A model generated the notes under the pieces. The model saw only the letters and a list, made by a program, of their open reading frames with translations. It made no database searches and was not told where the DNA came from. Positions 21,603-32,241 of a stretch of DNA of 64,000 bases are shown here, in pieces (within the stretch, counting starts at the first letter, position 1; the number at the start of each line of letters is the position of its first letter). The stretch is from Betaproteobacteria bacterium (GTDB lineage: Bacteria > Pseudomonadota > Gammaproteobacteria > Burkholderiales > Casimicrobiaceae). The DNA is taken from contig JBDTPJ010000004.1 in NCBI GenBank assembly GCA_039932755.1, positions 1,072 to 65,071 on the forward strand. The letters run 5' to 3'. Both the position numbers and the translations under genes were made by a program.

Positions 21603-24600
21603 CTAGACCAGCACGCGCTCGATGCCCCCGGCGTTGACCTTGGCCACATAGTCGGCCATCCAGTCGGACCCGAGCAGGTTCTTCGCGATCTCGACGACGA
21701 TGTAATCGGCCTTGGTACCAGCATCGTCGTCGAAGCGCGACAGCCCCTGCAGGCAAGACGGACACGACGTCAGCACCTTTACCTCACCGGCGAAGCCGTC
21801 CTTTCGGAGTTGTTCGGTACCGTTGCGCATTTCCGCTTCTTTGCGGAAGCGAACCTGTGTCGAGATGTCCGGACGGGTCACCGCAAGCGTGCCCGACTCG
21901 CCGCAGCAGCGATCATTCAGCGCCACCTTGGAGCCCATCAACTCGTTGACGACGGTCAATGGCGCGTAGGTCTTCATCGGCGTGTGACAGGGGTCGTGGT
22001 ACATGTAGCGCACGCCCGTTGCCCCTTGCAGCCGAACACCTTTCTCCATCAGGTATTCGTGGATGTCCAGCAGGCGACAACCGGGGAAAATGCGTTCGAA
22101 CTCGTACTTGCCCAGCTGGTCCATGCACGTGCCACAGGACACGATCACCGTCTTGATGTCGAGATAGTTGAGTGTGTTGGCCACGCGATGGAACAGCACG
22201 CGGTTCGCGGTAGTGATCTTCTGCCCTTCGTCGTGATTGCCCGCCGCGGTCTGCGGATAGCCGCAACACAGATATCCCGGAGGCAATACAGTCTGGGCGC
22301 CCACGTGATAGAGCATGGCCTGCGTGGCCAAGCCGACTTGTGAAAAGAGGCGCTCCGAGCCGCAGCCGGGAAAGTAGAAGACTGCTTCGGAATCGTCGTT
22401 GACGCGCGCCGGGTCGCGGATGATGGGGACGATCGCGTCGTCCTCGATATCCAGCAGTGCGCGCGACGTACGCTTGGGCAGTCCCCCTGGCATGGGCTTG
22501 TTGATGAAGTGAATGACCTGTGCCTTGAGCGCAGGCTTGCCGACCGTCGCCGGCGGGCGCGCTGTCTGCGCCCTGACCACGCCCGTCTGGCGGGCCAACC
22601 GGTACAACAGGCGCTGCACCTTGTAGCCCCAGCCGATCATCACCATCCTGACCAGCTTGATCGTGGCTGGATCCGTGGCATTGAGGAACAACATCGCGGC
22701 GAAGGTACCTGGATTGAATTTGCGATGGCCATCCTGGGTCAGCACATTGCGCATGGCGATCGATACATCGCCGAAGTCGATATCGACGGGACACGGGCTG
22801 GCGCACTTGTGGCAGACGGTGCAATGGTCGGCCACGTCCGAGAATTCATCGAAGTGGCGCAAGCTCACGCCGCGGCGGGTCTGCTCTTCGTAAAGGAAGG
22901 CCTCGATCAGCAGCGACGTGGCGAGGATCTTGTTGCGCGGGCTATACAGCAGGTTGGCGCGCGGCACGTGCGTCGCGCACACGGGTTTGCACTTGCCGCA
23001 GCGCAGGCAGTCCTTGATCGAATCCGCAATGCCACCGATGGCGCTCTGCTCCAGGATCAGGCTCTCGTGGCCGATAAGCGCAAAGCTCGGCGTATAAGCA
23101 CCGGTCAGGTCGGCGGGAAATTTCACGTCGCGCAAGAGCTTGCCGCGATTGAAGCGGCCCTGCGGATCGATGCGCTGCTTGTAGTCGGCAAACGGCTGCA
23201 GCTCGGCGTCCGTCAGGTATTCGAGCTTGGTGATGCCGATGCCGTGCTCGCCCGAGATCACGCCGCCCAACCCGCGCGCGAGCTGCATGATGCGCGCGAC
23301 CGCAGCATTGGCCTCGCGCATCATGTCGTAGTCGTCGGAATTGACCGGTATGTTGGTGTGGACGTTGCCATCGCCCGCATGCATGTGGAGCGCCACGAAC
23401 ACGCGGCTGCGCAATACCTGCGCGTGCGTCTCCCGCACGCGTGCCATGATCGGAGCAAAGGCCAGACCCGCGAACAATTCCTCAAGCGGTTCCTTCAATT
23501 CACGCTTCCAGGAAACCGTGACGGAATGCTCCTGCAGCGCGGAAAAGCTCGCGTCGATACGATCGAGCAGATCCTGCCAACGTATTCGGGTGGCCGCGAT
23601 CAGCTCGCGTGCCTCCTCCAGCTTGGCGTCGACGATCTCCGCAGCCGGACGCGCATCGCTATCTGGTGGCCATGCATGATCCTGGACCGGGCCGGCGATC
23701 CTTGCCGCCAGCGAGTCACACAGTTGCAGCTTGTTGCGGATCGACAGCTCGATGTTGATGCGCTCGATGCCGTCGGTGTAGTCGCCGAGTCGCGGCAGCG
23801 GAATGACCACGTCCTCGTTGATCTTGAACGCGTTGGTATGCCGCGCAATGGCCGCCGTGCGCGCGCGATCGAGCCAGAATTTCTTGCGCGACTCGGCCGA
23901 CACCGCAACGAAACCTTCGGCGCCGCGCGCGTTGGCGATGCGCACGACTTCCGATGCCGCGCGGGCCACCGCATCGTCATCGTCACCGACGATGTCCCCT
24001 AGCAGCACCATCTTGGGACGGCCGTGGCGCTTGGCCTTGGTCGCGTAGCCCACCGCCTTGACGTAGCGTTCGTCCAGGTGCTCGAGGCCGGCCAGAAGAA
24101 CGCGCGCAGCGCCTTCCTTGGGCAGCGCATCGATGTAGTTCTTGATCTCGACGATGGCAGGCGTAGAGTCGCGCACTTGTCCGAAAAATTCCAGGCACAC
24201 GGTGCGTATAGCCGGCGGCATCGTGTGCAGGATGAAGCGGGCGCTCGTGATGAGCCCGTCGCAGCCTTCCTTCTGGATGCCGGGAAGTCCCGACAGAAAC
24301 TTGTCCGTGACATCCTTTCCCAGGCCGGCCTTTCGGAACGTGGCACCGGGGATAACGAGGGTTTCCGTGCGCTTGACCGTGGCGCCGTCAACACCTAGCC
24401 ATTGGCATTGAAATGTGGCCTGCGCGGCGTCGTGGATCTTGCTCAAGTTGTGGTCGACGCGCGTGACTTCGAGCCACTCCGCATTCGGCGTGACCATTCG
24501 CCATGAGACGAGATTGTCGAGCGCAGTTCCCCACAGGACCGCCTTCTTGCCGCCGGCGTTCATGGCGACATTGCCGCCGATGCACGACGCGTCCGCCGAC

Positions 24601-25496
24601 GTCGGATCGACGGCGAATACGAGGCCCGCGTGTTCAGCGGCGTCCATGACCCGGCGCGTGACCACGCCCGCGCCCGCATCGATGGTCGCCACCGGACGCG
24701 CGTGTCCGGTGAGTGTGACTTGCTCTACCGCCGACATGCGCTCCAGCTTTTCCGTGTTGATCACCGCCGAGCGCGCGTCGAGCGGAATGGCCCCGCCGGT
24801 GTAACCCGTGCCGCCGCCACGAGGAATGATCGTCAGGCCAAGCTCGATGCAGCCCTCGACCAGGCCGCGAACTTCCTCCTCCGTATCTGGATGGAGAACC
24901 ACGAACGGATACTCAACGCGCCAGTCGGTCGCGTCGGTGACGTGTGACACGCGCGCCAGGCCATCGAACGCGACGTTGTCCTTGGCGGTCCAGCGACCCA
25001 GCACGCGACGCGACCGGCGGCGCAGCTCGCGGGTCTCACCAAACCCGTCCGCAAAACGATTCACTGCTGCATGGGCAGCCGCGATCAGTTGTGCGACGTT
25101 GGCGTCCTTGGCGAATTTGCCTTCCTGGCCCGCGTTGTCTACGTGCGGCCGGCCATCATGGTCCTGCCGTCGCTTCTCGACTTCGTGCAGCCGGTGACGC
25201 ATCGCATCGACCAGAAGTCCCTGCCGCTTCGGATTGTCTAGAAGGTCGTCCTGCAAATAGGGATTGCGCTCGACCACCCAGATGTCGCCCAGCACCTCGA
25301 ACAACATTCGCGCGGATCGGCCAGTGCGGCGTTCATCGCGCAATTCGTCTAGGACCTGCCACATCGCGGTCCCCAGCAAGCGAATGACGATCTCGCGATC
25401 GGAGAATGATGTGTAGTTGTACGGAATCTCGCGCAGCCGCGGCGCTCCACCAGGCGGGTCCTGAGTTTCCAAAAAGGCGTCGTCGACAGCGTTCAT
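21603..25496 (-). CDS. DUF3683/FAD-linked oxidase with Fe-S and CCG domains
   Basis: [63 protein letters not shown]. Confidence 0.92.
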   Translation of the reverse strand: MNAVDDAFLETQDPPGGAPRLREIPYNYTSFSDREIVIRLLGTAMWQVLDELRDERRTGRSARMLFEVLGDIWVVERNPYLQDDLLDNPKRQGLLVDAMRHRLHEVEKRRQDHDGRPHVDNAGQEGKFAKDANVAQLIAAAHAAVNRFADGFGETRELRRRSRRVLGRWTAKDNVAFDGLARVSHVTDATDWRVEYPFVVLHPDTEEEVRGLVEGCIELGLTIIPRGGGTGYTGGAIPLDARSAVINTEKLERMSAVEQVTLTGHARPVATIDAGAGVVTRRVMDAAEHAGLVFAVDPTSADASCIGGNVAMNAGGKKAVLWGTALDNLVSWRMVTPNAEWLEVTRVDHNLSKIHDAAQATFQCQWLGVDGATVKRTETLVIPGATFRKAGLGKDVTDKFLSGLPGIQKEGCDGLITSARFILHTMPPAIRTVCLEFFGQVRDSTPAIVEIKNYIDALPKEGAARVLLAGLEHLDERYVKAVGYATKAKRHGRPKMVLLGDIVGDDDDAVARAASEVVRIANARGAEGFVAVSAESRKKFWLDRARTAAIARHTNAFKINEDVVIPLPRLGDYTDGIERINIELSIRNKLQLCDSLAARIAGPVQDHAWPPDSDARPAAEIVDAKLEEARELIAATRIRWQDLLDRIDASFSALQEHSVTVSWKRELKEPLEELFAGLAFAPIMARVRETHAQVLRSRVFVALHMHAGDGNVHTNIPVNSDDYDMMREANAAVARIMQLARGLGGVISGEHGIGITKLEYLTDAELQPFADYKQRIDPQGRFNRGKLLRDVKFPADLTGAYTPSFALIGHESLILEQSAIGGIADSIKDCLRCGKCKPVCATHVPRANLLYSPRNKILATSLLIEAFLYEEQTRRGVSLRHFDEFSDVADHCTVCHKCASPCPVDIDFGDVSIAMRNVLTQDGHRKFNPGTFAAMLFLNATDPATIKLVRMVMIGWGYKVQRLLYRLARQTGVVRAQTARPPATVGKPALKAQVIHFINKPMPGGLPKRTSRALLDIEDDAIVPIIRDPARVNDDSEAVFYFPGCGSERLFSQVGLATQAMLYHVGAQTVLPPGYLCCGYPQTAAGNHDEGQKITTANRVLFHRVANTLNYLDIKTVIVSCGTCMDQLGKYEFERIFPGCRLLDIHEYLMEKGVRLQGATGVRYMYHDPCHTPMKTYAPLTVVNELMGSKVALNDRCCGESGTLAVTRPDISTQVRFRKEAEMRNGTEQLRKDGFAGEVKVLTSCPSCLQGLSRFDDDAGTKADYIVVEIAKNLLGSDWMADYVAKVNAGGIERVLV

Positions 25497-25729
25497 GGGA
25501 GCTCTGCATGTTACCGCAGTGCAACATGCGCCACGGGCCGAGCGTTACGACACGGAGTTGCGGGTTGGCCCACCATTGGCCTTTTACAAGAGCCATTTCC
25601 AGTCGAAGCCTGCGGGCATGATTGCCAACGACTGCAAAACTTGACAGGAAGTCCAACATATTCAATATTAAAGATTCCGCCGGATGATCTGTCGCAATGA
25701 CAGGCAGAGGCTCTGCCTCGAGGTGTCCT

Positions 25730-27094
25730 ATGTCCGGTTCCGTTCCAAGAAAATATCAAGCTCGTTCGGCCGCTGCATTTGTCGGTTCTATTCTCGCCGT
25801 CTCATTAAGTTTACTGCCGCATCAAAACTTGAGTGCTTCGCCGAAAGCCAGTGATGCAGCAACATCCGCTTTTTCAAAGACAGATCGTGAATCATCCCTT
25901 CAGTTGATCAAGGACGCTCTGACCGAAGGCTATTTTGACAGGACGAAACTATCTCTGGTGCTGCAGAAGATAGAAGCGGCGGCTCGCAGCGGGCGATACG
26001 AGACCACCGATCCAAGAACATTTGCACAGCTTCTGACTGCAGATATGCAAATGGTTACGGGAGACACCCATCTGTACTTGAATTTCCAACCCGAGTGGTA
26101 TCGCGCCACTTTGACCCCGCCGAGCCCAAATAGTATCTCCCTCGAAAACGCCGCGGACGTGAAGCACTCGCGCGATTTCCATCACGGGCTCACTGAAATG
26201 AAAACGTTGCCAGGAAATGTTCGCTATCTCAGGATAGTGGGATTTTTTTGGGTGGCTGGGGAGACCGTAAATGTGATGGATGGCGCCATGAGATTCCTCA
26301 AAGGCGGGCGCGCAATAATCATTGACCTGCGCAGCAATCGTGGAGGTGAAACGAACGCGGCGCATTATCTGCTCAGTCATTTCTTTGAGCCCGACAAATT
26401 GATGTTGACCATGTTATCGACAGGCAAGGCAGACGTGCAGGTACGAGCAAGCCCCTATCTGAAAAGTACACGGCTAAAGGGGATTCCCCTCTACGTGCTA
26501 GTCAACAAGCGATCACGCTCAGCCGCGGAGGCGGTCGCTTATACAGTCAAGCAATTCAAACTTGGTGAAGTAGTCGGGGAGCGTACCGAAGGTGCTGCAC
26601 ATTTTTCAGAAGACGCGGCTATTGCCCCTTTCTATCGCTTGTCCGTTCCCTCCGGGCGTACAGAAGATCCCATCTCCCATACGGATTGGGAAGGCACTGG
26701 AGTTGCCCCTACGATAGCCTCCACTTCGTTGGAAGCGCTGGACGTAGCGTATGCCAGTTCGCTAAAACGACTGATTGCATCCGCCACGGATCCCGAAGAG
26801 AAGAATTTTCTAGTTTGGGCGCACGACGGCCTTGCGGCCAAAACAACAGAGCTCGTGCCACATCGCGCGCAACTTTCATCGTTCACCGGCAAGTATGGAG
26901 CAGCGTCTATCGTTCAGCGGGAAGATGGCCTGTGGTACATAACACCCAGTGGGGCGGAAAAAAAGCTTAAACCCCTTGGCAAAGCGAACCTTTTTGAGGA
27001 TGAAGAAGACGATACCCTGCGCGTTAGCATTGGGGCTGACGCGCTGGATGTGCTCCGACCAATTCCCGAGCTAAATCAGCATTTTGCTCGTTAG
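25730..27094 (+). CDS. S41 family peptidase (secreted)
   Basis: Signal-like N-terminus, D.HL, IIDLRSNRGG, SRSAAE, VVGERTEG, WEGTGVAP; visibly AT-richer; alternative start 25697. Confidence 0.88.
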   Translation: MSGSVPRKYQARSAAAFVGSILAVSLSLLPHQNLSASPKASDAATSAFSKTDRESSLQLIKDALTEGYFDRTKLSLVLQKIEAAARSGRYETTDPRTFAQLLTADMQMVTGDTHLYLNFQPEWYRATLTPPSPNSISLENAADVKHSRDFHHGLTEMKTLPGNVRYLRIVGFFWVAGETVNVMDGAMRFLKGGRAIIIDLRSNRGGETNAAHYLLSHFFEPDKLMLTMLSTGKADVQVRASPYLKSTRLKGIPLYVLVNKRSRSAAEAVAYTVKQFKLGEVVGERTEGAAHFSEDAAIAPFYRLSVPSGRTEDPISHTDWEGTGVAPTIASTSLEALDVAYASSLKRLIASATDPEEKNFLVWAHDGLAAKTTELVPHRAQLSSFTGKYGAASIVQREDGLWYITPSGAEKKLKPLGKANLFEDEEDDTLRVSIGADALDVLRPIPELNQHFAR

Positions 27095-28635
27095 TCGGTG
27101 CGCCGGTAACCGATGGCCTCCGCCACATGGGCAGAGTTGATGCGCTCGCACGCAGCGAGATCGGCAATCGTGCGCGCCACTTTGAGCACGCGGTGGTAGG
27201 CACGCGCAGATAGCGAGAGGCGGGACATGGCGCGCGCAAGCAAATCCTCGGCGTCGACTTCGGGTATGCAATGCTTGGCAAGCTCCGCGGGCAACAAGCG
27301 CGCATTGGTCTTGCCTTGGCGATCGCGCTGGACATCGCGTGCCTGAAGGACGCGCCCGCGCACGGTCGCTGATGACTCGCGCACCTCGCCCGCGCCGAGA
27401 TCCTCCGTGCCCGTATCGCGGGATTCGCCGCGCGGAGGGCGCGCATTCAACGCGAGGGAATCGGGCGCGACCGCCGGTACCTCAATGGCCAGGTCAATGC
27501 GATCGAGAAGTGGTCCTGAAACTCGCGAGCGATAGCGGCCGATGCGCTCCGGCGTACAGCGGCAGCGTCCGCTGGCGTGTCCCAGCCAACCACAGGGACA
27601 GGGATTCATGGCCGCGACCAGTTGGAATTGCGCTGGAAACGTGCTCTGGCGCGCGGACCGGGAAATGTGGATGACGCCGGACTCAAGGGGCTCGCGCAGC
27701 GCTTCGAGAACGCGCCGTTCCCACTCCGGCAATTCGTCCAGGAACAAGACGCCGTGATGGGCGAGCGAGATCTCGCCAGGTCGCGGATCGCCGCCGCCAC
27801 CGACCAGCGCCACGCCGCTTGCGGTGTGGTGCGGCGCGCGAAATGGACGCTCGCCCCAGCGCTCCGGAACAAAGCGTCCGGCAACTGAGGCGACAGCGGA
27901 AACTTCAAGGGCTTCGCTTTCTGTCAGCGGCGGCAGCAACGACGGCAGCCGTTGCGCCAACATTGACTTGCCGGTGCCGGGTGGTCCGGTCAATAGCAGC
28001 GAGTGCGCACCCGCCGCCGCAATTTCGAGCACGCGCTTGGCCTGCCGCTGTCCACGCACGTCGGCCAGGTCGAGTCCCGACGCCGCTGGAATCGCCTGCT
28101 TGGCGACGGCCTGGGTCAGGAGCGACGTACCGCTGAGATGGGCGCAGACTTCGAGCAGCGACCTCGCACCGTAGACCGTCGCCTCACGCACGAGCGCGGC
28201 CTCGTCCGCTGACACGAGAGGTAGAACGAACGCGTGACCATCCTCTCGGGCTGAACGGGCCATGGCTAATGCGCCGCGCACGGGACGCAGGTCTCCGGTG
28301 AGCGCTAACTCTCCCGCAAACTCATATTGCGCAAGATGGTTGGAAGGAATTTGCCCGGTCGCCGCCAGGATGCCGAGCGCGATGGGGAGGTCGAAACGGC
28401 CCGACTCCTTGCGCAGATCCGCGGGCGCAAGATTGACCGTCACCTTGCGCGCTGGGAAATCGAATTGCGCGTTTTGCAACGCGGCACGCACGCGATCGCG
28501 CGCCTCGCGCACTTCGGCTTCAGGCAGGCCGACGAGATGGACGCCGGGCAAGCCCCCCGCGATGTGGACTTCCACCGCGACGCGGGGTGCGGCGATGCCC
28601 GCGAGGGAGCGGCTTTGGACGATCGCGACGGTCAT
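27091..28635 (-). CDS. comM: YifB/ComM Mg-chelatase-like AAA+ ATPase
   Basis: VNLAPAD, GPPGTGKS, RAPHHTAS, PGEISLAHHGVLFLDE, MNPCPCG. Confidence 0.95.
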   Translation of the reverse strand: MTVAIVQSRSLAGIAAPRVAVEVHIAGGLPGVHLVGLPEAEVREARDRVRAALQNAQFDFPARKVTVNLAPADLRKESGRFDLPIALGILAATGQIPSNHLAQYEFAGELALTGDLRPVRGALAMARSAREDGHAFVLPLVSADEAALVREATVYGARSLLEVCAHLSGTSLLTQAVAKQAIPAASGLDLADVRGQRQAKRVLEIAAAGAHSLLLTGPPGTGKSMLAQRLPSLLPPLTESEALEVSAVASVAGRFVPERWGERPFRAPHHTASGVALVGGGGDPRPGEISLAHHGVLFLDELPEWERRVLEALREPLESGVIHISRSARQSTFPAQFQLVAAMNPCPCGWLGHASGRCRCTPERIGRYRSRVSGPLLDRIDLAIEVPAVAPDSLALNARPPRGESRDTGTEDLGAGEVRESSATVRGRVLQARDVQRDRQGKTNARLLPAELAKHCIPEVDAEDLLARAMSRLSLSARAYHRVLKVARTIADLAACERINSAHVAEAIGYRRTD

Positions 28636-28727
28636 GAACGCACCCGCGGAACGCGCGTTGCGGGGGAGTCAGACGTTCGGGTCCGTGCGAGCTACTTGCG
28701 CGCTCAGTTTGCACTCCGTGTGCAAAA

Positions 28728-28994
28728 TCAATGGGTGGGGGAGGAAGGCACGAAGCGGGCTTCGAGCTCAGCCACCCGCGCGTCGAGCAGCTCCAGCTTT
28801 TCGCGCGTTTTGGCCAGCACGCGCGCCTGGGTATCGAACTCTTCGCGCGTGACGAGATCGAGGCGTGAGAGCCCTCCCTGCAATGCGGCGCGGACATTCT
28901 TCTCAATGTCCTTCGCGGGTCCCGATTCAATGGCCTTGCCGATACCGGCTGCCAGGTCTTGCAGTGTCTTGGCGTTGAAACTGAAGGGTTGCAT
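28728..28994 (-). CDS. ubiK: Ubiquinone biosynthesis accessory factor
   Basis: LDLVTREEFD.Q..VL..TR.KL..L..RV..LE. Confidence 0.92.
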   Translation of the reverse strand: MQPFSFNAKTLQDLAAGIGKAIESGPAKDIEKNVRAALQGGLSRLDLVTREEFDTQARVLAKTREKLELLDARVAELEARFVPSSPTH

Positions 28995-29104
28995 GGGATT
29001 CCCTCTTGAGATGTCAGGAAGTCTAGCAAGGTCCGGACAAGCCTCGCACTAGTCCCTTCTGCCTAACGCCCGTGGCCACCCCCCAATGTCGACAAATCCG
29101 GGCC

Positions 29105-29150
29105 GCTCTAAATATGTGCGACCGCAGCATCATGCGCACCTATTTGGTGC
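29105..29150 (+). promoter_or_regulatory. Tandem NtrC-type binding sites
   Basis: GCTC-N7-GTGC (29105-29119) and GCAC-N7-GTGC (29136-29150), 31 bp apart, upstream of a sigma54 promoter. Confidence 0.8.
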
Positions 29151-29225
29151 CGATTCTCCAGGCGTCTCGGGATATCTTCGATCAGTTGCGCATCTAAGTT
29201 AATGATATTAATGAATATATTTCCG

Positions 29226-29241
29226 TGGCACATGAAATGCT
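29226..29241 (+). promoter_or_regulatory. Sigma54 -24/-12 promoter
   Basis: TGGCACATGAAATGCT (GG-N10-GC), preceded by an AT-rich tract (possible IHF site). Confidence 0.85.
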
Positions 29242-29296
29242 GACTGTTGATTGGGAGCATTGCCTTTTTCTTCAACCACCTGCAAGGAATTCAACC

Positions 29297-30118
29297 ATGA
29301 ACAAGAAGCTGGACCTTCGTCTAGCTGCGGCGTGCGCCGCGCTGTTTGCGGGCTCAACCTTAGCCCAGACCCCGCCGCCGGCGCCCGCTGCGATGCCTGC
29401 ACCGGCGGCCGCCCCCGCCGCCGCCGAACCAGATTGGACGTTTGCCAGCAACGTCGGGATCTTCAGCCAGTATGTGTTCCGCGGCATTTCGCAGACCAAC
29501 GAAAAGCCGGCGGTGCAGGGTGGCTTCGACTTGAGCCACAAGGGTGGTTTCTACCTTGGCACCTGGCTGTCCAACGTCAGCTGGCTCTCCGACTGCCAAT
29601 GCGGCGTTTCGAACAGCCTCGAGTGGGACATGTACGGCGGCTACAAGTGGGACCTTGGGAGTGACTTCGTGTGGGACAACGGCTTCCTCTACTACCTCTA
29701 CCCCGGCAGCTACCCATCGGGTTTCACGTCGCCCAACACCACCGAGTTCTATACCGCGATCAACTGGAAGATGCTGCAACTCAAGTGGAGCGTCACCCTC
29801 GGCAACAAAACCTTCGGCATTGCCAACTCAAGTGGCAGCAACTACATCGAAGGCAACGTCAACTACGACATCATCGACAAGGTCAATGATTACATCGGCA
29901 AAGTCACGCTGATCGGCCACGTCGGTCACCAGAGCTTCCACAACAACAACGACTTCAGCTACACCGACTGGAAAGGCGGCGTAGCGGCGGACGTGATGGG
30001 CGTGACGGTCGGCCTCGTGGGAACGGGCACGAACGCCAAGAGCGCGTTCTACACGAACTCTTACGGCAAGGATCTGGGCAGCGGGCAGTTCGTCGCGTAC
30101 GTGCAGAAGTCGTTCTAA
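29297..30118 (+). CDS. TorF/TIGR02001 family outer membrane porin
   Basis: SQYVFRGISQT, PAVQGGFD, GFYLGTW.SNV, E.DMYGGY, terminal Phe; usual position before glnK. Confidence 0.9.
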   Translation: MNKKLDLRLAAACAALFAGSTLAQTPPPAPAAMPAPAAAPAAAEPDWTFASNVGIFSQYVFRGISQTNEKPAVQGGFDLSHKGGFYLGTWLSNVSWLSDCQCGVSNSLEWDMYGGYKWDLGSDFVWDNGFLYYLYPGSYPSGFTSPNTTEFYTAINWKMLQLKWSVTLGNKTFGIANSSGSNYIEGNVNYDIIDKVNDYIGKVTLIGHVGHQSFHNNNDFSYTDWKGGVAADVMGVTVGLVGTGTNAKSAFYTNSYGKDLGSGQFVAYVQKSF

Positions 30119-30523
<405 letters not shown>

Positions 30524-30534
30524 GGGAGCAACAG

Positions 30535-32028
30535 ATGAAAAAACTACTCGTATTGATCGCCATGCTCGGCGCGTTCGGACTTGCGGCGCCGGTGCTGGCG
30601 CAGGACAAGGCCGCCGCGTCCGCTGCGGCGACAGCGCCTGCTGCGGCAACGACAGCCGCACCGGCTGCGGCAGCGGCAGCTGCCACGCTGGCACCTACGC
30701 CTAACAAGGGCGACAACGCGTGGATGATCGTGGCCACGCTGCTGGTGATCATGATGTCGATCCCCGGCCTTGCACTGTTCTATGGCGGCCTCGTGCGCTC
30801 CAAGAACATGCTGTCGATCCTGATGCAGGTGTTCGTGGTCTTTTCGTTGATCGTCGTGCTGTGGATCGTATATGGCTACAGCGTCGCATTCACCGAGGGC
30901 ACCGCGTTCTACGGCGGATTCGACCGCGTGATGCTTTCCGGGATATTCACCCTGAAGGATGGCGCCGGCTCATTCGCGACGGCTGCCACGTTCAGCAAGG
31001 GCGTGGTCATTCCCGAACTGCTCTTCGTCGTGTTCCAGGCAACCTTCGCGGCAATCACCGTGGCGCTGATCGTCGGCTCGTTCGCGGAACGCGCGAAATT
31101 CTCGGCCGTGCTCCTGTTCGCCGTGCTCTGGTTCACGTTCGCGTATCTGCCGATCGCGCACATGGTCTGGTTCTGGCCCGGTCCTGACGGCATCAAGGAT
31201 GCGGCAACGCTCGCATCGGAATCCGCCAAAGGTGGTTGGCTATGGCAAAAGGGTGCGCTCGACTTCGCGGGCGGCACGGTCGTGCACATCAACGCCGGCG
31301 TGGCTGGCCTGGTGGGCGCCTACGTGATGGGCAAGCGGCTCGGCTACGGCCGGGACTCGATGGCGCCGCACAACCTGACCTTCACGATGATCGGTGCATC
31401 ACTGCTGTGGGTGGGCTGGTTCGGCTTCAACGCCGGATCCGCGCTCGAAGCCGGCGACACCGCTGCGCTCGCGTTTATCAACACGCTCGTCGCCACTGCC
31501 GCCGCAGTACTCTCGTGGATCTTCGGCGAGTGGTTCACCAAGGGCAAGCCGTCGATGCTGGGCGCTGCGTCCGGTGCGGTCGCCGGACTCGTCGCAATCA
31601 CGCCGGCGTGCGGCTTTGTCGGTGTCGGCGGTGCATTGGTCTTAGGCTTGATCGCAGGTCTCGTCTGCCTGTGGGGCGTGAACGGCCTGAAGCGCCTGTT
31701 GGGCGCCGACGACGCGCTCGATGTCTTCGGCGTGCACGCGACAGGCGGCATCCTGGGCGCCATGATGACCGGCGTGCTGGCTGCGCCGGCCTTAGGCGGC
31801 CAAGGCATATACGACTACGTGGCGAACAAGACCAGCATGGACTACGACATGATGGGACAGCTCATCATCCAGGGCACCGGTGTGCTTACAACGATCGTCT
31901 GGTCAGGCGTGGTGGCTTTCATCGCCTACAAGATCGTCGACGTGACCATCGGCCTGCGCGTGACCGAGGAACAGGAACGCGAAGGTCTGGACATCGCATC
32001 GCACGGCGAATCGGCCTATAGGACCTGA
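30535..32028 (+). CDS. amtB: Ammonium transporter
   Basis: GLALFYGG, DFAGGTVVH, GWFGFNAGS, DDALDVFGVH. Confidence 0.98.
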   Translation: MKKLLVLIAMLGAFGLAAPVLAQDKAAASAAATAPAAATTAAPAAAAAAATLAPTPNKGDNAWMIVATLLVIMMSIPGLALFYGGLVRSKNMLSILMQVFVVFSLIVVLWIVYGYSVAFTEGTAFYGGFDRVMLSGIFTLKDGAGSFATAATFSKGVVIPELLFVVFQATFAAITVALIVGSFAERAKFSAVLLFAVLWFTFAYLPIAHMVWFWPGPDGIKDAATLASESAKGGWLWQKGALDFAGGTVVHINAGVAGLVGAYVMGKRLGYGRDSMAPHNLTFTMIGASLLWVGWFGFNAGSALEAGDTAALAFINTLVATAAAVLSWIFGEWFTKGKPSMLGAASGAVAGLVAITPACGFVGVGGALVLGLIAGLVCLWGVNGLKRLLGADDALDVFGVHATGGILGAMMTGVLAAPALGGQGIYDYVANKTSMDYDMMGQLIIQGTGVLTTIVWSGVVAFIAYKIVDVTIGLRVTEEQEREGLDIASHGESAYRT

Positions 32029-32031
32029 ACA

Positions 32032-32092
32032 TCGGCCTGAAGGCAGGCCGACTTCAAATCATGCGCGGGCGGACCCTCTCCCCCGCCCGCGC
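32032..32092 (+). terminator. Two GC hairpins after amtB
   Basis: TCGGCCTG/CAGGCCGA (32032-32051) and GCGCGGGCGG/CCGCCCGCGC (32063-32092); no clear U-tract. Confidence 0.55.
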
Positions 32093-32241
32093 CTGAAACG
32101 GGGGCCTCTGGAACTCCCCGAGTAACAGCAGTTTCTCCTCAGTGTCTTTGTGGGGTGCGCTTAAAACCGCGCCCTCTTCTTTTTGAAATCTCCTGGAAGC
32201 CAACATTCGGGCTCCCTACACACGGGCCCGATGTCCTAGTG

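Noticed and set aside
26253-26263. 11-bp match (TGGCTGGGGAG) to the tRNA-Gln 3' end, possible att remnant
   Set aside because: Short, inside a CDS, and the interval contains core genes; likely chance
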